DNA of 64,000 nucleotides from Bordetella parapertussis. Lineage in GTDB: Bacteria; Pseudomonadota; Gammaproteobacteria; Burkholderiales; JACQAP01. Below, in pieces: positions 57,473 through 64,000 of this stretch. Under the pieces are notes generated by a model, which saw nothing but the letters and a program-made list of their open reading frames with translations, was not told the DNA's origin and did not search any database. How positions within the stretch are numbered: the first letter of the stretch is position 1; each line of letters starts with the position of its first letter. A program made the position numbers and the translations under genes. The DNA is taken from contig CAMDKM010000007.1 in assembly GCA_945900965.1 (NCBI GenBank), forward strand, positions 17,732 through 81,731, in the 5' to 3' direction.

Positions 57473-58039
57473 ATGAAACAGCAATTCGCGACACTACTGA
57501 TCGGCGCAACATTGGCGATGCCCGCCCTCGCCGCCGATACCTATACGGTGGACTCCAGCCACACCTACCCGAATTTCGAGATCAACCATCTCGGATTTTC
57601 GACCATGCATGGACAGTTCGGCACCACGACTGGCAAGATCACGCTCGACACCACGGCCAAGAGCGGCAGCATCGACATCGCTATCGACGCCGCCTCCATC
57701 TACACCGGCCACGCCAAGCGCGACGCTCACTTGAAGACCGATGAGTTCTTCAATGTCGGCAAGTTCACCACGCTGACCTATAAATCCACCAAGCTCAAAT
57801 TCAGCGACGGCAAACTCACCGGCGCGGATGGGGAACTGACCATGCTGGGCGTTACCAAACCGGTGAGCCTGACGGTGACCGCATTTATTTGCAAGGATCA
57901 CCCCATGACCAAAAAGCCGGTATGCGGCGCCAATGCCATCACGACACTCAAGCGCAGCGAATGGGGTCTCGCTGCTTATGTGCCGGCGGTGGGCGATGAA
58001 GTCAAGATTGCCATCCAGATCGAAGCGATGAAAGATTGA
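57473..58039 (+). CDS. YceI family protein
   Basis: YTVDSSHT, HLGFS, RDAHL, KRSEWG. Confidence 0.92.
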   Translation: MKQQFATLLIGATLAMPALAADTYTVDSSHTYPNFEINHLGFSTMHGQFGTTTGKITLDTTAKSGSIDIAIDAASIYTGHAKRDAHLKTDEFFNVGKFTTLTYKSTKLKFSDGKLTGADGELTMLGVTKPVSLTVTAFICKDHPMTKKPVCGANAITTLKRSEWGLAAYVPAVGDEVKIAIQIEAMKD

Positions 58040-58056
58040 TTACCTCGTAGTCACGC

Positions 58057-58093
58057 AAAAAAGACGGGCCGCCATGCGCGGCCCGTTTGCTTT
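58057..58093. terminator. intrinsic terminator (possibly bidirectional)
   Basis: AAAAAA-GACGGGCCGC/GCGGCCCGTT-TGCTTT. Confidence 0.65.
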
Positions 58094-58103
58094 GCTGGAT
58101 ACG

Positions 58104-58254
58104 GGGTCAGGTCTCCCATATTACGTCCGCTCTCGATCGGCCAAGTTGCCCCGCCCGACGCAAGAGTTCCGAGTGCAGGCCTGCGCTTAACGTCGATCCG
58201 GCGCTCTCGGAATGAGGGCGAGAAGGGAGTAGTGGGAAATGGGAGACCTGACCC
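58104..58254. repeat. GGGTCAG-type inverted-repeat element
   Basis: Perfect 16-bp IR GGGTCAGGTCTCCCAT (58104-58119) / ATGGGAGACCTGACCC (58239-58254). Confidence 0.8.
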
Positions 58255-58261
58255 TTTTATA

Positions 58262-58498
58262 TTAACTGCATTCGTCACGCACTTCGACCGGACGGCACTC
58301 CACCCGACTGCGGTCGGGATTGGATACGCAACGATAGAGTTTTTGCTTGCATCGCGCACACCACGTGGTGGTGATGCCTTCGCGGGAGTAACGGCTTTTC
58401 AGGATGTCGACATCGCCTACAGCGCAGCCCATCGCTTCCGCGCTCGCGCCGCTGGTGGTCCGGCAGGCGGATACGGCGGCAAGCCATAAGACCAGCAT
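58262..58498 (-). CDS. small cysteine-rich putative lipoprotein
   Basis: LAAVSAC lipobox-like signal then six Cys; could start upstream at 58573. Confidence 0.6.
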   Translation of the reverse strand: MLVLWLAAVSACRTTSGASAEAMGCAVGDVDILKSRYSREGITTTWCARCKQKLYRCVSNPDRSRVECRPVEVRDECS

Positions 58499-58569
58499 CG
58501 CCGTGAATAAACAACGTAAGAAGCCGCCCTCACAACCCTTGAATGGCCGGAAGAAAGGCTGGATATCCT

Positions 58570-58998
58570 TCAACTATGGATATAGCTTTCAAGTTGCTTG
58601 ATGACAAATTCTTTCTCGGAAAGCATTTCCTTGACCACGTCGCCAATGGAGATGATGCCGACCACTTTTTTATGATCGAGAACCGGAAGATGCCGAATGC
58701 GCTTGTCGGTCATTAACCCCATACATTTTTCGACGGAATGCTCAGGGTCGATGCAGATCAGTTTCGAGGTCATGATCTCCGAAACCGGGGTATCCCGGGA
58801 CGACTTGCCGTGCAGCACGACCTTGCGCGCGTAATCGCGCTCGGAGAGGATGCCGGCGAGACGTTCGCCATCCAACACCAGCACGGCGCCAATCTCCTTC
58901 TCGGCCATCAGCTTGAGGGCGTCATATACGGACGTGTCGGGTCTCACGGACACCACACCGAAACGTTTGGATTCCAGGAGCTGCCGAACAGTTTTCAT
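58570..58998 (-). CDS. CBS domain protein
   Basis: GILSERDYARK, IRHLPV, ISIGDVVK. Confidence 0.92.
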   Translation of the reverse strand: MKTVRQLLESKRFGVVSVRPDTSVYDALKLMAEKEIGAVLVLDGERLAGILSERDYARKVVLHGKSSRDTPVSEIMTSKLICIDPEHSVEKCMGLMTDKRIRHLPVLDHKKVVGIISIGDVVKEMLSEKEFVIKQLESYIHS

Positions 58999-59077
58999 GC
59001 CAACCTCCCTGCCCCACTCAATGAGGATGAGGCCAGTGTAATCCAGTGCTAGCCTTTGTCAACGAGATCGAAGGGCG

Positions 59078-59316
59078 GGGATTGGGGATTGGGGATTGAG
59101 GGGCTGGGGACTTGGGTCTAGGGGCCAGGGACTAGAAAAGTCCTCCTAACTCCTCGCTCCTCACGGTTCATCGTTCACCGTTCACCGTTCACCGTTCACC
59201 GTTCACTGTTCACTGTTCACCGTTCACTGTTCACCGTTCACTGTTCACCGTTCACCGTTCACTGTTCACTGCCTTTTGACCGTTCACTCATTCACCCATT
59301 CACTTATTCACGCATT
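59078..59316. repeat. composite heptamer/octamer tandem array
   Basis: GGGATTG-type units, then 15 TTCA(C/T)(C/T)G heptamers (59167-59271), then four TTCACNNA octamers. Confidence 0.92.
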
Positions 59317-59364
59317 CCAGAGTTCCGGCTTGGGATCCAGGAACAGCGGGCATCGAATGCCGGG

Positions 59365-61377
59365 TCATTCGGCAAGATGCGCGGGGTCTATTTCGTCGAG
59401 CAGCGGCGGCAAGGGACAATCGAGTACCGCACCGGTCAGCCGCAGCAGGCCCACCTCAACCACGCGAATCGAGCCGTCGTGGGTTGCGGCGGCGAACAGC
59501 CCCTTGATGAGCAGCGCCTTGGCAAGCGGCGCAAGGCCGCGTAGAGCCTCCAAAGCCTCGCTGATCGAATCAAACTTCAATGAGCCGTGGACAGACATCA
59601 CCGCACCTTTGATTTGCGCTTCGTCCGTCCCGGCCAGGAAGGCGGCGCTGGCTGCTTTTTCCAAATCCGCGGCTGTTTCGCCCCAAGTACCTGCCTGTGC
59701 AATAAGTGATATCAACAAAACCGCATGCTCGCGCGCAGCCGATATAGAGGCATATTTCGCGGTGCGTAAAGGCCCGAGATCCTCGATTTGCGTGCGCAGC
59801 AGCGTAACAATAATGAATTCCTGCATCGACACGCGCCGATCGGCCCCGATCACGACTTTGGCTGCAGCGATCAATTCTTGTTTGGCATCCGCCGCAGTTA
59901 ATTTAAGCGCCGGCAGCGCGAGATCAATCACGGCCAACCGGAACGATGGCCCAAGGCCGCGCGTAGCCGATTCCAGGGCAAGCGCATCGTCTGCGAGTGC
60001 GTTCAGGCCTTTGGCCCTCAGCGCTTCAACCTGTATTCGCATAAGATCCGCCTGGCTGGCAAGAAGCAATGCAATCACCGCAGCCCGTGCGCCCGAGGGA
60101 TCGCGAACCCGGTTACGCAACACCTCGGGCAAGGCCGCCAGAAGGCGCGCGGCGTAGTCCACCTTGCCGACGTCGAGTTGACCAACGAGATTCGCACTCT
60201 GCCCCGGCGACGCCAGCCACGGCGCACGCCGATCATCGGCGCGACGCTCGCCGGACGAAAGCATGCCTGCCGCGGCGGGAAGCGCCTCGCCAGACCCCTC
60301 CCGAATTGCCGCGGTGCCCTCCGGCTCGATCTGCCGGCGAGCGCGGTAGCGGCTGCGCTGAAAACCCGGCCGCACGCGTGCGATACGCTCCGCCAGAGGC
60401 GGGTGGGTATCGAAAATTCCGCCCAGCCAGACGCTGATAGCCTGACCAAAATACATGTGCGCCATCTCTTCCGCATACCGGTTGAAGATTCTTGCCCCGG
60501 CCGGCATCAGACTTATTTGATCGAGCGCGCCCGCCAGCCCTTCGGGATTGCGGGTGAACTGCACGCTGGAGGCATCCGCCAGGAACTCTCGCTGGCGCGA
60601 CACGGCGGCCTTGATCAGCCGCGCGAAAAACAGGCCGATGTATCCGATGATGAACAATGCCAAGCCCACAAGAAAAACGGCGGCCACACCATCCCTGCGC
60701 CCCCGACTGCGCCCTACGCCGCGCATGATGAAGGAGCCGATCGCACTCAGGAATACGATACCTTCGAGAACTCCCAGCATGCGCACGTTTAGCCGCATAT
60801 CGCCATTCAAGATGTGGCTGAACTCGTGGCCGATCACCCCTTGCAACTCATCGCGGCTCAGCGTATCGAGCGCGCCCCGAGTCACCGTCACCACCGCGTT
60901 CGACACATCGTAGCCGGCGGCAAAGGCATTGATACCGGCCTCCTCGTCCATGACATACACCTTGGGCACGCGAACACCTGCGGCAATTGCCATTTCCTCG
61001 ACCACATTGAGCAGCCGTCGTTCCATGGACTCGGACGTGTTCGGCGCGATCGGCCGTGCACCGACCATTCGCGCAACTTCCTCGCCCTTGCCTGCCAGCC
61101 GGAGAATATTCCAGAAGCTGACCGAAAAAATCACCGCGGTGGTGACAACCGCGCCCGCAATAAGCACTTCGGGCGCAACGAACTGCTTCCAGCCGCCGGT
61201 CGACTGAGCCGCCTGAATTATCCCGAACGTATTATCGTGGTGAACGTAGAGGTAAATGACGGATAGCAGGATATCGACGGCAAAAACGACCCCCGCCACC
61301 GCGAGGATGTAAAGTAGCACCAGAACCCGCGTCCTGCGATGCGCCGCCGCCTGCTGCTCGAAAAACCCCGCCGCCAT
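59365..61377 (-). CDS. M48 family metalloprotease (HtpX-like, C-terminally extended)
   Basis: INAFAAG, GHEFSH, REFLADA, THPPL. Confidence 0.92.
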   Translation of the reverse strand: MAAGFFEQQAAAHRRTRVLVLLYILAVAGVVFAVDILLSVIYLYVHHDNTFGIIQAAQSTGGWKQFVAPEVLIAGAVVTTAVIFSVSFWNILRLAGKGEEVARMVGARPIAPNTSESMERRLLNVVEEMAIAAGVRVPKVYVMDEEAGINAFAAGYDVSNAVVTVTRGALDTLSRDELQGVIGHEFSHILNGDMRLNVRMLGVLEGIVFLSAIGSFIMRGVGRSRGRRDGVAAVFLVGLALFIIGYIGLFFARLIKAAVSRQREFLADASSVQFTRNPEGLAGALDQISLMPAGARIFNRYAEEMAHMYFGQAISVWLGGIFDTHPPLAERIARVRPGFQRSRYRARRQIEPEGTAAIREGSGEALPAAAGMLSSGERRADDRRAPWLASPGQSANLVGQLDVGKVDYAARLLAALPEVLRNRVRDPSGARAAVIALLLASQADLMRIQVEALRAKGLNALADDALALESATRGLGPSFRLAVIDLALPALKLTAADAKQELIAAAKVVIGADRRVSMQEFIIVTLLRTQIEDLGPLRTAKYASISAAREHAVLLISLIAQAGTWGETAADLEKAASAAFLAGTDEAQIKGAVMSVHGSLKFDSISEALEALRGLAPLAKALLIKGLFAAATHDGSIRVVEVGLLRLTGAVLDCPLPPLLDEIDPAHLAE

Positions 61378-61389
61378 GGCGGCCCTCTT

Positions 61390-61986
61390 CTACTTGAAGG
61401 ATACCTTGGGAACTTTGCGCTCTTCGGGCGATTCAGTCGCCTGCAACAGCCCCGCCTCCTTGAACGCAAACATGTTGGCAAAGAAATTGTCCGGAAACGA
61501 CTCGCGTTGGGTGTTGTATTCCATGACCGCGTCGTTGTACGCCTGGCGCGCAAATGACACCTTGTTCTCGGTGCTGGTCAGCTCTTCCTGAACCTGCAGA
61601 ATGTTCTGATTCGCCTTCAGGTCGGGAAAGGATTCGACCACCGCCAGCAATCGGCCAAGGGCACCCCCCAGCACCCCTTCTGCCTGGGCCAATCCCTGCA
61701 TGGCTGCCGCGTCGCCCGGCGCCGCCGCAGCCCGCTGCGAAGCGCCCAGCGCCGCGCCGCGCGCCGCCACCACGGCCTCCAGTGTCTGGCGCTCGTGGGC
61801 CAGATACCCCTTGGCCGCCTCAACCAGATTGGGTATGAGATCGTAACGGCGCTTCAATTGAACATCGATCTGCGAAAAACTGTTCTTGTATCGATTGCGT
61901 AACGCGACAAGACGGTTGTAAATCGAGATAGCAAACACCACAACCGCGATGATAAGTCCAAGAAATATCCATCCGCCTGTGCTCAT
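61390..61986 (-). CDS. lemA: LemA family protein
   Basis: YNRLV, QIDVQLKRRYDLIPNLV, ENKVSFARQAYN. Confidence 0.93.
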   Translation of the reverse strand: MSTGGWIFLGLIIAVVVFAISIYNRLVALRNRYKNSFSQIDVQLKRRYDLIPNLVEAAKGYLAHERQTLEAVVAARGAALGASQRAAAAPGDAAAMQGLAQAEGVLGGALGRLLAVVESFPDLKANQNILQVQEELTSTENKVSFARQAYNDAVMEYNTQRESFPDNFFANMFAFKEAGLLQATESPEERKVPKVSFK

Positions 61987-62187
61987 GAGCATCCCTCCAG
62001 AGTTGACAAATCCGCCAGACAATATGCCAGTGCGCCCCGCCCCCGTGCGTTCGATGCACGGAGGATACCGCCGGCCAACGACAGTTAACCCCCATTCGCC
62101 CTCCCCAGACATAACGGCTTCGCCGCGCTCACCGTAAGTTGCTTCGCCAACTACCGCATAGACCCAATTCCCCTCGTCTCACAAACA

Positions 62188-62216
62188 TTGACTTGTTGAG
62201 ATATTAATCGTATAAA
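62188..62216 (+). promoter_or_regulatory. sigma70 promoter
   Basis: TTGACT-N17-TATAAA upstream of the DUF3015 gene. Confidence 0.55.
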
Positions 62217-62281
62217 CACGTTGGCATCAATAGGTTATCCTCCAAATCCGATAAGTTCCCTTAACTTTGTACGAGGTTCAT

Positions 62282-62764
62282 ATGAAAAAAGTAATTACTG
62301 CGTTAGCTATGCTTGCCCTTCCCATTGCAGCCCACGCCGACAACGTAGGCGGATGCGGTTGGGGTTCCAAATTGATGGAAGGCAAGAAAGGCGTGGCACC
62401 TCAGGTTCTGGCGGTAACGACCAATGGCACCTTGGGCAACCAGACTTTCGGCATTTCGTCGGGCACCTCCGGTTGCAGCCAGGATGGCGCCGTCATGTCG
62501 AACTGGAAGACCGCCATGTTCATCGATGGCAACAAGGAACAACTGGCGCGCGACATGGCCAACGGTGGCGGCGAAACCCTGGACTCTCTTGCGCACTTGC
62601 TGGGAATCAGCGATGAGCACCGCGCCCAGTTCAATCGCGCTGCGCAGCAGAACCTCACCAAAATTTTCCCGTCCAGCGACGTTTCGACCGAACAAGTTGC
62701 GGTAGCGCTGAAGGACGTTCTGGCATCCGACGGCAATCTGGCTCACTACGCCGCCGCGATTTAA
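62282..62764 (+). CDS. DUF3015 domain protein
   Basis: GCGWG, TTNGT.GNQTFGISSGTSGC, DMANGGGE. Confidence 0.88.
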   Translation: MKKVITALAMLALPIAAHADNVGGCGWGSKLMEGKKGVAPQVLAVTTNGTLGNQTFGISSGTSGCSQDGAVMSNWKTAMFIDGNKEQLARDMANGGGETLDSLAHLLGISDEHRAQFNRAAQQNLTKIFPSSDVSTEQVAVALKDVLASDGNLAHYAAAI

Positions 62765-62786
62765 GTCTGGCTCGTCCGTACTGAAT

Positions 62787-62820
62787 ACGCCCAGTGGGAA
62801 TCCACTGGGTGTTTTTTTGT
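62787..62820 (+). terminator. intrinsic terminator
   Basis: CCCAGTGG/CCACTGGG hairpin followed by TGTTTTTTT. Confidence 0.7.
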
Positions 62821-62837
62821 CCGTCGTTGTGCCAAAA

Positions 62838-64000
62838 ATGAACCTGCTGCGCGCCTGCTTTCTAATTGTCTTTCTGAGCGGATTCACCCCGCCAACTGCG
62901 CATGCAGGCGATTATCTGGGTGAACTTACCGCCCGCTCGCGACAGATGCGCCTGCATGAACGCCGGGAGTGGCATCGGCTGCTGCACTACATCTCGAATC
63001 TGGTCTCTTCGGGCGTGCACAGCCTTGCGGATTCGCCCGGTTTCTTTCTTGCGCCTGAGGGCAAGACCGACCCGCAAGCGGAGCTGGAAGCCACGCTGGC
63101 CAGCTTCTTTTCCGACGTCGAAGAAACCAATGATCGCCAGAACGCCCAGTGCCAGTTCATCGCGCGCCATGCGTGGCTCGCCCGTGAGCTGGCCTTCGAT
63201 CCGGCGCGCTTGCCGGTGCAACCGTGCAAACGCTTTCAGGCCTGGCGCGAAGCACTGAACCCGCAGGGCGTGACACTGGTATTCCCGGCGGCGCACCTTA
63301 ACAATCCCTCGTCGATGTATGGCCACACGCTCTTGCGCATCGATGCCCGCGACCAGGACGAACGCACCCGTCTGCTTGCCTATGCGGTAAATTACACCGC
63401 GAATACCACGGAAACCAACGGCATCGTATTTGCCATCAACGGCCTGTTCGGAACCTACCCCGGCAATTTTTCGATGATGCCGTACTACCTCAAGGTGCGC
63501 GAGTACAACGATCTGGAAAATCGCGACATCTGGGAATACGAACTCAACCTGACGCCGGAAGAAATCGACCGTCTGTTGATGCACATATGGGAGCTCGGCC
63601 CGGTATGGTTCGAATACTATTTCTTCGACGAAAACTGCGCTTATTATTTGTTGGAGGCGCTCGAAGTGGCGCGCACCGATCTGGACCTCAGCTCGCATTT
63701 CCGTTGGTGGGCGATCCCGTCGGACACCGTGCGCGTACTGGTCGAACAGGAGGGATTACTCATACGCGCCGTGTACAGGCCTTCGAACGCCACTCAGATA
63801 ATCCACCGTTTGGAGCGCATGTCCGAGTCGGAACGTACGTTGGTCAACGAATTGAGCCGCGGCCACATCTCCGTCGAAGCGCCATCGATTGCGGCATTGA
63901 CGCCGGTCGCCCGGGCGCGCGTACTGGAAGTCAGCTACGATTACCTCAGCTATTTGCGAGCCACGGAACACAGTCCGCTGGCCGATCCCGCGAAGGTGGC
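62838..64000 (+). CDS. DUF4105 (Lnb-like) domain protein, truncated by the window end
   Basis: Absent from the ORF track (no stop in window); manual translation from ATG 62838 gives W..LLHY, NNPSSMYGHTLLRID, RDIWEY, YYFFDENC. Confidence 0.85.
   Translation, partial: MNLLRACFLIVFLSGFTPPTAHAGDYLGELTARSRQMRLHERREWHRLLHYISNLVSSGVHSLADSPGFFLAPEGKTDPQAELEATLASFFSDVEETNDRQNAQCQFIARHAWLARELAFDPARLPVQPCKRFQAWREALNPQGVTLVFPAAHLNNPSSMYGHTLLRIDARDQDERTRLLAYAVNYTANTTETNGIVFAINGLFGTYPGNFSMMPYYLKVREYNDLENRDIWEYELNLTPEEIDRLLMHIWELGPVWFEYYFFDENCAYYLLEALEVARTDLDLSSHFRWWAIPSDTVRVLVEQEGLLIRAVYRPSNATQIIHRLERMSESERTLVNELSRGHISVEAPSIAALTPVARARVLEVSYDYLSYLRATEHSPLADPAKV

Noticed and set aside
59167-59316. CRISPR array
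   Set aside because: Units are 7-8 nt with no unique spacers, and there are no cas genes.
1-64000. Prophage, integrative element, defence island or RNA genes
   Set aside because: No integrase, transposase, phage structural gene, restriction/abortive-infection gene, tRNA or rRNA signature was recognised.

Overview
GC-rich bacterial chromosomal segment; gene content and order (rppH-proS-SLT-tlpA-yihY-gluQ, marR-yceJ-yceI, lemA-M48, DUF3015-DUF4105) look betaproteobacterial. It has about 60 CDS, mostly housekeeping or catabolic; I see no rRNA, tRNA, CRISPR, integrase or transposase. The most unusual feature is at gene junctions, which are packed with several families of miniature repeats: 7-mer tandem arrays, 8/9-mer inverted-arm elements, a ~113-bp TIR-bounded palindromic element ending at CTAG, a GTAG REP and a GGGTCAG inverted repeat. 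These abut or supply stop and start codons, enter proteins in frame (aminotransferase, anti-sigma), surround a small GIY-YIG-like gene between two degenerate EAL paralogues, and flank a gapless, codon-conserved second copy of a GNAT gene's 3' end. Other points of interest are an MtnK-like kinase paired with a non-canonical enolase divergent from glpK, a DUF4258-like toxin gene with an amber stop that the ORF track misses, a decayed wrbA and several enzymatically degenerate signalling or protease domains. All family calls come from recognising motifs by eye; no searches were run.
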